Positions 31,526-39,578 of a DNA stretch of 64,000 nt are shown here, one piece after another (position 1 is the stretch's first letter; each line of letters starts with the position of its first letter). Origin of the DNA: an uncultured delta proteobacterium (GTDB taxonomy: Bacteria > Myxococcota > Myxococcia > Myxococcales > Myxococcaceae); contig CAVQKE010000004.1 in the NCBI GenBank assembly GCA_963713045.1, positions 64,001 to 128,000 on the forward strand, given 5' to 3'. Below the pieces are notes generated by a model. The model was not told where the DNA came from, did no database searches, and was given only the letters and a program-made list of their open reading frames with translations. The position numbers were made by a program, and so were the translations under genes.

Positions 31526-31542
31526 AGCAAGACTGAGGCCAG
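31526..31542 (-). promoter_or_regulatory. Putative sigma54 promoter upstream of hypF
   Basis: CTGGCCTCAGTCTTGCT, near-consensus -24/-12. Confidence 0.55.
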
Positions 31543-31585
31543 TCGCGTCGTGCTTGGAGGCTGAGCGTTTCCCGGGACCGTGGGC

Positions 31586-32965
31586 TCAGAGAGCCGGTGC
31601 ATGAAGTTTCACGGGGTTCTGGCCGCGGAAGTATGGGTCGAGGGCCGCCGCTACGGTTCGGAGGAGCAACTGCCCGTCCGCGCTGACGCGAAGACTGTTG
31701 TCTTGCCGATGCACAAGCCCGTCGTGCTCCAAACGCTCAAGGGCAGCCCACTCCTGCTGGAAGCCGGCTTCAAAGGCACCGGGGTAACGGCGCGCTACGT
31801 CCTCGAAGTCCACCTCGAGCTGACAAAAGAGCCGCGCGATGACGTCCCGCCGCGCGCCATCCTCGAGGCTCAGCCGGTGGCCGCGCGAAACCGCTAGGCC
31901 TCCGTCCAAGAGGCGCTTCGCCCAACGATGTACCTCGCGCTCATTTTGAAGGTACGCCCCTCCGATGTCCGAGATGGCAGATGGACCGAAGGCGAGCACG
32001 TCGGACTCGGCACACGTGGTGTAGCCCATGAAGTTTCGCCGGAGCGTTCCATTGGCGCGTGCTTGGCAAAGTTCATCGCTGGGGAGCGCGAAGTGGTCCA
32101 GCCCGATGTAGCGGTAGCCGGCGTCTTGGAGACGGGCCAAGGACTTCTCAAACAGTGCGAGCCGGAGTTCCGGGCTCGGAAGCTCTTCGAACTTGAACTG
32201 CCCCTGTCGTTTCTTTAGCGATGGGACATGTGCATAGCCGAAGAGTGCGACCCGGTCTGGACGAAGTTCTTCGATCCTGTCCAGAGTTCGCTGGAAGCCC
32301 TCCAGCGTCTGAAGGGGCAGGCCATACATCAGGTCTAGGTTGATGCTGACGAAGCCAAGGTCGCGACATGTCTGGACCAGATCGCGTGTCTGCTCCCAGG
32401 GCTGCACGCGGTTGACTCGGCGCTGAACGACGGGGTCGAAGTCCTGGACGCCCATGCTCACTCGGTTAAACCCTAGAGCGGCAAGCACGCGCATTTGCTC
32501 CGCACTGGTGACCGGCGGATGAACCTCGATGGACGCCTCGGCACCCGGCCTCAAATCAAAGTGCTTTCGGAGCGTCTCGACCAAACGCGTGAGCTGCGCT
32601 GGGTCGAGATATGTCGGTGTTCCCCCTCCGAGATGGAGCTGGACAACCTCTCGACTGCCGGGCAGCAGACTCGCCAATCGCTCGACTTCAATCTCAAGTG
32701 CCCGGAGATACTGCTCGACCAGCGCCGGGTTGCGGGTCACGAGCATGTTGCACCCGCAGTAGAAGCAGAGTTTTCGGCAGAATGGGACGTGGACGTAAAT
32801 GGACAGTGGGCGGTTGGACCGCGAAATCGCCTCGCGAGCATCGGTTTCGCTCAGCGACTCGCACCAGCGGTTGGCCGGCGGGTAGCTTGTGTAGCGGGGG
32901 ACAGGCTCAGACCCGTATGACTCGAGCAGCGAGCGACGTCGGGATTCGCTTCGTAGCGGAATCAC
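31586..32965 (-). CDS. hemN: Oxygen-independent coproporphyrinogen III oxidase
   Basis: PRYTSYP, radical-SAM CRKLCFYC, GGGTP, IGLDHF, LRRNFMGY; GTG start approximate. Confidence 0.95.
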   Translation of the reverse strand: MIPLRSESRRRSLLESYGSEPVPRYTSYPPANRWCESLSETDAREAISRSNRPLSIYVHVPFCRKLCFYCGCNMLVTRNPALVEQYLRALEIEVERLASLLPGSREVVQLHLGGGTPTYLDPAQLTRLVETLRKHFDLRPGAEASIEVHPPVTSAEQMRVLAALGFNRVSMGVQDFDPVVQRRVNRVQPWEQTRDLVQTCRDLGFVSINLDLMYGLPLQTLEGFQRTLDRIEELRPDRVALFGYAHVPSLKKRQGQFKFEELPSPELRLALFEKSLARLQDAGYRYIGLDHFALPSDELCQARANGTLRRNFMGYTTCAESDVLAFGPSAISDIGGAYLQNEREVHRWAKRLLDGGLAVSRGHRLSLEDGARRDVIARLFCQLEVDFEDVARRYPGAFEAGFQQEWAALERLEHDGLVHRQDNSLRVSADGQLLLRTVAAALDPYFRGQNPVKLHAPAL

Positions 32966-32995
32966 GTGCAGGACATCCTCCCAACTAGAGCAGGC

Positions 32996-33012
32996 TGCAA
33001 GCCTTGGACCTA
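32996..33012 (-). promoter_or_regulatory. Putative sigma54 promoter of hemN
   Basis: TAGGTCCAAGGCTTGCA = GG-N10-GC. Confidence 0.6.
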
Positions 33013-33073
33013 GAAGTCGCTGCTCTGCGTCGATGCATCCGGCTTTGAGGGCACGGGTGCTGTTGGCACGTCT

Positions 33074-33088
33074 CCGCAAGACTTGCGG
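33074..33088. promoter_or_regulatory. NmpR-like enhancer box
   Basis: CCGCA-AGACT-TGCGG; weaker ACGCA-ATCGG-TGCTG at 33104-33118. Confidence 0.65.
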
Positions 33089-33193
33089 CCTTGGTCGGCT
33101 GCGACGCAATCGGTGCTGTTGCGCTGGGTGGGCGAGCCGGCTGGGGCGCAGGCGCCAGCCAGCGACGGCAGTTGCGAACTCCAGACCCGTTGT

Positions 33194-34345
33194 TCAAACA
33201 ATCGGGAGTTGAATTCGGAACGAGGCGCCGCCCAGGTCGCTCGTGTCCACCCGAAGACTTCCACCGTGTTGGCCGACAATGCCCTGAACGATTGCCAAAC
33301 CTAGGCCCGACCCGCGTGGCTTCGTCGTGAAGAAGGGCTCGAAAATCTTCTCGCGAAGCTCGGGTGAGACTCCAGTGCCGGCATCCTCCACCTGCAGCTC
33401 CAGCTGGTTTGGGCGTACTGAGGATAGGCTCACTCGGATTTCTCCGCCCTGAGGGCTCGCGTCGAGCGCGTTGAGCAAGAGATTCATGACGACTTCCCGA
33501 AGTCGAGACTGTTCCCCCGCTGTCTTCAGATCGCGGTCCAGACGGAGGGTGAAGTTGATGCCACGACTCGCGGCGTCAGTCGCGAGGAGCTCTGTCACCT
33601 GCTCGACCAGGGGCGCGACCATCACGGGTTCGTGGCCAATCTCGTGTGGGCGGGCGAATCTGAGAAACTCCTCTAGGAGTTGGTCCAACCTGCGGATTTC
33701 CTCTTGAACCAGAAGCAAGGGTTGTAGCGCATCCGCTTGGACGTCGACTGGCATCCTCCGGACCCGCCGCTCCAAAACAGCGAGCTGGAGTGTCGCCGCG
33801 TTGAGTGGGTTGCGAATTTCGTGGGAAAGACCGGCTGTCAGGGTGCGTACTGCTGCCAACCGCTGCACTTCCTGATCCTCGCGGTAGATGTAGAGCATGA
33901 TGCCTAGTTCAACATCCAAAATGCGGTCCAAGGCGGCACGTGTCGCGCTCGCGCGCTGGGGCCGGTCGGCCAATTCTGCCGCCACCACAGCCTCGAACTC
34001 GCGCCGCAGGACGTTCATGCCTCCAAACATGTAGTGCTGCGGTAGGCCAATGCGGACATGCGCGCGGCCGATGCGGGTGCGACGCTCAAAGTAGGCGAGA
34101 TCCCAAGGGCCGAGTAGGGTTGTCCCCATCCATTCGACGAGCAGCTTCTTGAGTCTGCCAACTTCGGACTCGCCGCCGTCCAATGCGCGACGAGCACCGG
34201 GATGGTCCAGAATCCGCCTGTAAAAGACGTCGGCCACGCGCGCGAAGTAAGGCTGTGCAATTGGATGAAACGCGCGCAGGGCTTCCGAATCGGTCGCACC
34301 GAAACCGGTATAACCAAGAAGCTCTTCGAAGACGCGATACGGCAT
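33194..34345 (-). CDS. Globin-coupled (protoglobin) sensor histidine kinase
   Basis: FY (B10 Tyr) and RIGRAHVRIGLPQHYMFG (proximal His), as in AfGcHK/NmpU; HEIRNPL H-box, N/G1/F/G2 boxes. Confidence 0.93.
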   Translation of the reverse strand: MPYRVFEELLGYTGFGATDSEALRAFHPIAQPYFARVADVFYRRILDHPGARRALDGGESEVGRLKKLLVEWMGTTLLGPWDLAYFERRTRIGRAHVRIGLPQHYMFGGMNVLRREFEAVVAAELADRPQRASATRAALDRILDVELGIMLYIYREDQEVQRLAAVRTLTAGLSHEIRNPLNAATLQLAVLERRVRRMPVDVQADALQPLLLVQEEIRRLDQLLEEFLRFARPHEIGHEPVMVAPLVEQVTELLATDAASRGINFTLRLDRDLKTAGEQSRLREVVMNLLLNALDASPQGGEIRVSLSSVRPNQLELQVEDAGTGVSPELREKIFEPFFTTKPRGSGLGLAIVQGIVGQHGGSLRVDTSDLGGASFRIQLPIV

Positions 34346-34406
34346 CGCGAAGAGAGGAGATATCGTCCCCCCGTGCGCGAGGCCAGCTGAAGCGGAGGAT
34401 GCGCGA

Positions 34407-34835
34407 CTAGTGAACAACCAACACCGGCTTGGGACAAGTGTGCAGAAGCCGAGTGGTTACGCTTCCCAGGAGAAATCGGGCCAGCGCTCCCTTGCCTGTC
34501 GCACCAGCCACCACCAAGTCCACGTCTGCGCCGCCCGCTGCCTCGGCCACTTGCTCCGCCGGAGGGCCCACCACGACGTGCGTGCCGAGTCTTACGCCCC
34601 GTTTACGCATGGTCTGCACGGCCTCTTCGACTAACGCTTCCCCCGCCCGTTCTTCGGTGGCCAGCATCTCCTGCAACCCTGCCAGCGCCGCCTCGGGCGG
34701 CGCGATGGGGACCTGAATGGCGTACACCAAGGTGAGTTTGGAGTGGAAAGGGCCGGCCAACTCGGAGGCGAAATCCAGGGCGCGTCGAGCCGGCGCTGAG
34801 CCGTCGTAGGCGACAAGGATGTGCCGAATGGACAT
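34407..34835 (-). CDS. Universal stress protein
   Basis: ILVAYDGS, GATG..LLGSV, PVLVV. Confidence 0.93.
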   Translation of the reverse strand: MSIRHILVAYDGSAPARRALDFASELAGPFHSKLTLVYAIQVPIAPPEAALAGLQEMLATEERAGEALVEEAVQTMRKRGVRLGTHVVVGPPAEQVAEAAGGADVDLVVAGATGKGALARFLLGSVTTRLLHTCPKPVLVVH

Positions 34836-34850
34836 GTGAGACGAGGAGCT

Positions 34851-34867
34851 TTCAAGACTCGGGCCAA
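34851..34867 (-). promoter_or_regulatory. Putative sigma54 promoter (GA variant at -12) of usp/globin-kinase unit
   Basis: TTGGCCCGAGTCTTGAA. Confidence 0.45.
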
Positions 34868-34907
34868 GGTCGTCTCCGGGTGAGCTGGTCGGCTCGCCCT
34901 TGCATCA

Positions 34908-34945
34908 GCGCAAGGCTTGCGGTGGGTCGTGTGCAAAGCTTGCCC
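34908..34945. promoter_or_regulatory. Tandem NmpR-like enhancer boxes
   Basis: GCGCA-AGGCT-TGCGG (34908) and GTGCA-AAGCT-TGCCC (34931). Confidence 0.65.
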
Positions 34946-34981
34946 AACCTCACAAACCAGCGGCGACAGCATCCCCCTCCG

Positions 34982-35240
34982 ATGCTTCCGCCCGACGTAG
35001 CCAGGCGAGCCTTGCGTCCCGGACGGCCGATTTTCATCGGTTCGGGTGCCGCCGACGTCTGGCTCTCGTGGGAGGCGATGGTTCGGTATGGAAGGTAGCC
35101 TCACGGATGACGAGGCCGGACGCATCCTCGCCCTCGGACCAGCCCCCGACGTGGCGCAGGAGATGGGCTCGAATCCCCGGGACTGCTCGCTGTACCGAGA
35201 GCCGGGCGACTTCACACCTCTCTTCCTCTCGGCAGTGGGT
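34982..35240 (+). pseudogene. Degraded N-terminal remnant of acetyl-CoA hydrolase/CoA-transferase
   Basis: RRALRPGRPIFIGSGAAD / LTDDEAGRILALGPAP / GDFTPLFLS across frames, with stops. Confidence 0.55.
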
Positions 35241-35686
35241 CACAGAACCGGATGGAGCCACACTTCGGGTTGGCATCGGTCGCGCACCGTCGGCCACCCT
35301 CACCGCATCGCACGGTCACAGGGGCTTACCGACCCGCACTGGAATGCTTTCAGAGGGTCTCGCGGGTGCTTCGGTCCGGTGGGGTAACCGGTTCTTTCTC
35401 CTGGGGAGCAGGAGCGCGACGGTCGGCAGACGAAGTGCTGCGTCTAACTGGGTGAGCGACACCTAAGTCATCGCACAACGTGGCCAAAGCGGGGTTTGGG
35501 TACAGTTCTGACGCAGCGCCGGAGAGAGGTCGGCAAGGACACAAGGGCGTGAAAGGCCTCTGAGCCGATGTCTTGGTGAGCAATCCGGCCTACTCGGCGT
35601 ATTTTCGACGCGTGGGACTCATCGACTGCCACTTCCGGACATCCAGCGGCCTGTGCCGTCCAATTTCCGTTCGCCGATGCGTCTGA

Positions 35687-35731
35687 GCGCAACAGCTGCG
35701 GTCTCGGCACGTAAGGCCGCAAGCCCTGCGC
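35687..35731. promoter_or_regulatory. Tandem NmpR-like enhancer boxes upstream of the activator gene
   Basis: GCGCA-ACAGC-TGCGG (35687) and CCGCA-AGCCC-TGCGC (35717). Confidence 0.65.
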
Positions 35732-35760
35732 GGCTTTACCCGTTCGTCCCGCATCCTGGG

Positions 35761-35777
35761 TCGGCGCGAGAGATGCA
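35761..35777 (+). promoter_or_regulatory. Putative sigma54 promoter of the NtrC-type regulator
   Basis: TCGGCGCGAGAGATGCA = GG-N10-GC. Confidence 0.5.
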
Positions 35778-35888
35778 TTCTCGCTCCGCATGCGCTCTCC
35801 GACGGAACAGTTGCCAAAGGGTCCTCGGCGCGAGGTGGCTTCCCCGCAATCCCGGAGCCGAGACGAAGCTCTGGTAACCTCGGAAGCC

Positions 35889-37292
35889 ATGCCCCGCGCC
35901 CATGTGCTGGTGGTGGATGATGAGCCCAATGCGCGCAGTGGCCTGCGCACACTGTTGACCGAGGAGGGCTTTCAGGTCTCCGAGGCGGCCGATGGTATCG
36001 AGGCGCTCAACATCCTTCGGGGCCAGAAGGTTGACGTCACCCTTGCCGATGTGCGGATGCCACGGATGGACGGGCTTGCCCTGGTTCGCGCGGCGCGAGA
36101 GGAAGGCCTTTCGGGCGCTTTTGTGATGATGACTGCCTTCGCCAGCGTTGAGACGGCCGTCGAGGCGATGCGCGCCGGCGCCGAGAATTTCCTTACCAAG
36201 CCGCTCGCCCCCTCGACGGTCTTGGTGGTCCTCGAAAAAGTGCTGGAGAAGCGAGAACTGGCCCGAGACGCAGACCAGCTTCGCGCGCGGATCCGTGAAC
36301 GCTTTCGCATCGAATCCATCATTGGCGAAAGCGCTGCGCTGCAATCCATCTTTGAGGTCGTGAAGCGCGCGGCACCGACCAAAGCCACCATTTTACTGCT
36401 CGGCGAGTCTGGGACCGGCAAGGAGCTCGTGGCTCAGGCCATTCACCAAGAATCGCCACGACGTGACAAGCCCTTCATCAAGGTCAACTGCGCGGCGTTG
36501 TCTGAGACGCTGCTCGAGTCCGAGTTATTCGGGCACGAACGGGGCTCGTTCACTGGTGCGGTCGGCCGACGCGAGGGCCGATTTGAGCTTGCTGACGGAG
36601 GAACCCTGTTTCTTGATGAAATCGGTGACATCCCGCCTTCGGTTCAGGTGAAGCTTCTCCGCGCCCTTCAGCAGCGCGAATTCGAGCGGGTAGGGGGGAC
36701 GCAAACGCTCAAGGTGGATGTCCGCGTGATTGCGGCCACCAACCGTGATCTCGCCGCAGCGGTAACGACAGGAAAGTTTCGAGAAGACCTCTACTACCGG
36801 CTCAACGTCGTTGCCGTGACGCTCCCACCGCTTCGTCAGCGCAAGGGCGACATTCCCGCACTGGTCTCCCACTTCATCCGCCGGTACGCCGAGGCCTATG
36901 GCAAACCGCTGCGAGGTCTATTGCCCGGGACGCTCAACGCACTCCTGCGCTACGATTGGCCCGGCAATGTGCGCGAGCTCGAGAACGTCATCGAGCGCGC
37001 GGTGGTCTTAGCGGCAACGCCTGACTTGACGACCGACGACTTGCCTCCGGTGCTCAGTGGGCCCCTGCCCGTGAGCGCCCGACGCGGTTCGCTCATCCCC
37101 GGGGGCACGATGCACGAAATTGAACGCGAGGCCATCCTGCGCACGCTGGAGGTCGTCGACGGAAGCACGTCGCGCGCGGCAGAGATGCTCGGCATCAGTC
37201 CTCGCACCATTCAGTATCGGCTGAAAGAATATGGGCAAGAGAACGCCGCCTCCACAGCGAAGCCGACCGAGCCGGGAGACGACAATTCGTGA
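35889..37292 (+). CDS. Sigma54-dependent response regulator (NtrC family, NmpR-like)
   Basis: REC (VVDDE, DVRMP, KP), [31 protein letters not shown], Fis-type HTH. Confidence 0.95.
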   Translation: MPRAHVLVVDDEPNARSGLRTLLTEEGFQVSEAADGIEALNILRGQKVDVTLADVRMPRMDGLALVRAAREEGLSGAFVMMTAFASVETAVEAMRAGAENFLTKPLAPSTVLVVLEKVLEKRELARDADQLRARIRERFRIESIIGESAALQSIFEVVKRAAPTKATILLLGESGTGKELVAQAIHQESPRRDKPFIKVNCAALSETLLESELFGHERGSFTGAVGRREGRFELADGGTLFLDEIGDIPPSVQVKLLRALQQREFERVGGTQTLKVDVRVIAATNRDLAAAVTTGKFREDLYYRLNVVAVTLPPLRQRKGDIPALVSHFIRRYAEAYGKPLRGLLPGTLNALLRYDWPGNVRELENVIERAVVLAATPDLTTDDLPPVLSGPLPVSARRGSLIPGGTMHEIEREAILRTLEVVDGSTSRAAEMLGISPRTIQYRLKEYGQENAASTAKPTEPGDDNS

Positions 37293-38572
37293 GCGTCCTC
37301 GCAGCGATTCGCTTCGTCGAGGCCGCTACGGTCGGGGAGGCCGCTGCGGGGATCGCCCGTAGGTTGGGCGAACCGTTGCACCTGGTGCATGTGCTGCCGG
37401 CGGAGTCCGCTCAAGTTCCGGGCGACGTCGCCAAAGCGTTCATCCATGGAGCCCTCGCAGCGATGGCTCGACGACTCGGAACGAGTGGGCTTCGCGTCAC
37501 GTTTGAAGTTGCCGCCGGCGAGACCCACGCAGAGTTGCTCGCGGCCGTGGCCAATACGCACCCCTCGCTGATGGTGGTGGCTCTTCCCCCGCCCGACGCC
37601 GGGCGCGGTCGTGGCGGGACGGTCGACCGTCTGTCGGAGCTCTGTCCGGTGCCGATGCTCGCCGTCTCGGTCGCGGAGCCTTTCGCGTCTTGGGGACCAC
37701 AACGGCCCTTGCGTGTCGCGGTGGGCGTGGATAGCTCACGCCCCTCGTATGCCGCAGCAGCTTTGCTCAAGCAGCTTGCCGAGAAAGGTCCTGTCGAGCT
37801 GACCGCGGTGCGCATCGTCTATCCGCTCTTCGATGCCCGACGCCTGGGGCTCCCGCTTCCAGTCGATTTCCGGGAGCTTGGTGAAGAACTGACGACTGCC
37901 CTTCGGCGGGAGGTTGAAGACGTCCTGAAAGACGCTCGCTCGGTTGCTCGCAAAACGGAAATTATTCTTCAGCCGACCATCGGAAATGCAGCTGGAGCTT
38001 TGATGGCAATCGCCGAGGAGTCGCATGCGGAGGTAATTGTTCTAGGCACTCACCACCGTCGTGCTCTCGGCCGCCTTTGGAGTGTTTCTCACCAGATGCT
38101 ACGCCTCAGGCGAATGGCGGTCCTGACCGTCCCTGACCTCCCAGCGATTTCGTCACAGCGTTGTACTTTCCATACCGTCCTCGCGGCGACTGATTTTTCG
38201 CTGCTGGGCGATGAAGCGGTGGCGCTCGGATACGCCGCGCTGCACCAAGGCGGAACGCTCCACCTGGTTCACGTGGCGAAGCGCCAGCCTTCAACGGAGG
38301 AGCAAGCGGTCCTTCTCCGTCGCCTTCGCGGACTCGTCCCGCATGTCGATGAGGGCATCGACGTCGAGGCGGAGGTTCGAGTTTGCGATGAGCCCCCCGG
38401 CTCTGACGAAGCACTCTGTGTCCTACAGTCCGCTGAACGGATTGGCGCGGATTTGATTGCTCTCGGTAAAGGAGGTCATTCCCCACTGGGGATGAGCCTT
38501 CTCGGCTCTGTGGCGATGAGGATTATGGCAGGCGCACATGTGCCGGTACTCGTGGCACGGCCGGCGAACTAG
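37289..38572 (+). CDS. Multi-domain universal stress protein
   Basis: VAVGVDSS, VLAATDFS, ADLIALG..LLGSVA..VPVLV repeats; GTGA overlap. Confidence 0.85.
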   Translation: MSVLAAIRFVEAATVGEAAAGIARRLGEPLHLVHVLPAESAQVPGDVAKAFIHGALAAMARRLGTSGLRVTFEVAAGETHAELLAAVANTHPSLMVVALPPPDAGRGRGGTVDRLSELCPVPMLAVSVAEPFASWGPQRPLRVAVGVDSSRPSYAAAALLKQLAEKGPVELTAVRIVYPLFDARRLGLPLPVDFRELGEELTTALRREVEDVLKDARSVARKTEIILQPTIGNAAGALMAIAEESHAEVIVLGTHHRRALGRLWSVSHQMLRLRRMAVLTVPDLPAISSQRCTFHTVLAATDFSLLGDEAVALGYAALHQGGTLHLVHVAKRQPSTEEQAVLLRRLRGLVPHVDEGIDVEAEVRVCDEPPGSDEALCVLQSAERIGADLIALGKGGHSPLGMSLLGSVAMRIMAGAHVPVLVARPAN

Positions 38573-38748
38573 AGTGCGTTGCCGAAGCGCTTTGGCCTCA
38601 AGTCGCCCGTCCTGGCGCTGAGGCTGCGCGTCATTGAGCTGAACCGAGAACCAGGGTGTTAATTCTCGGGCTTCGGCGGATTCATCTTGTTGTCCCGGTA
38701 TCGACGCCTTGGACGCTGCCGTAGCGCGGACGAATGCGGTTGCTGGGG

Positions 38749-39135
38749 CTACGTGGGCGCGATGTTGCGGGCCCCAGTGCGCCAGGTCCACAGGAGAAGT
38801 AGGGCCACCACAGCATGGAGGGCCACCGCCGGCCACAAGAGCAAGCCTCCCACGTGCCTGACGATGCCGAGGAACCCGAAGTACAGCGCAACCAGTCCAT
38901 TGTAGGCCAACAGCCCCCGCGCGGCTCGGGGGGAGTTGTCCGGCATTTGCACCGGCCAGGACGCCAGTCCGAGGCCAAGCAAGGCAAAGCCGGCCACCCG
39001 CGCAATCGGCATTGCGTCGGCTGACAACGTCGAGCCCAACAGCAGGGAGACGACCACCTTGGGAATGGCCATCAGGGCAACGCCGGTGGCCGCTTCCAGG
39101 CAGGCCGCGAAACGCAAAAGGCCACTCTGTCTCAT
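38749..39135 (-). CDS. Hypothetical four-TM membrane protein
   Basis: EAATGVAL, GLLAYN, LLWPAVALH; hydrophobic; downstream of sulfatase. Confidence 0.7.
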   Translation of the reverse strand: MRQSGLLRFAACLEAATGVALMAIPKVVVSLLLGSTLSADAMPIARVAGFALLGLGLASWPVQMPDNSPRAARGLLAYNGLVALYFGFLGIVRHVGGLLLWPAVALHAVVALLLLWTWRTGARNIAPT

Positions 39136-39196
39136 CGGCTGCCTCCCACGCACGGCCGGACGCGATGCGGGTCTCTTCCAGTCAGCGTCAGTGCCT

Positions 39197-39517
39197 CTAT
39201 GGAATCATTCCGCATTCGAACATTTTATTTAGAACCGGCGCGGCAATCTTGTCGATAAAGAGCTTCCGTGCTTGGTCATCGCTCTTTAGAAAGGCAACGG
39301 CTGCCTTCTCCTTTTCCGAAGGCGGCTGGAGCTTCTGTGCCTTCAGCTGCTCGCAGCTGGCCGCTTGGAACTTCTTAATGACTTGGTCGGCCGCGTACTC
39401 CTGCAGCATCCCCTGCCCGCTACAGGCGGCTGCCACCACCAGGGCCAACACCGCCGCGCCGAGTCCGAGTGACTTGAGGGTGGAAATCGAAACTTTCACA
39501 GTGATGGATTGACGCAC
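39197..39517 (-). CDS. Small secreted protein/lipoprotein with Cys pair
   Basis: Signal with AAAC; SCEQL...IAAPVLNKMFECGMIP; AAGGAG RBS. Confidence 0.7.
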   Translation of the reverse strand: MRQSITVKVSISTLKSLGLGAAVLALVVAAACSGQGMLQEYAADQVIKKFQAASCEQLKAQKLQPPSEKEKAAVAFLKSDDQARKLFIDKIAAPVLNKMFECGMIP

Positions 39518-39578
39518 CTTGCACTCCTTCGTCTTGTCGAATGGGTCTTGGCCTTGCTTCCCTGAAGGCGGCACCCCG

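Noticed and set aside
33063..33080. + strand TTGGCACG sigma54 -24 element
   Set aside because: GG-to-GC spacing is 9 rather than 10, and there is no + strand gene downstream
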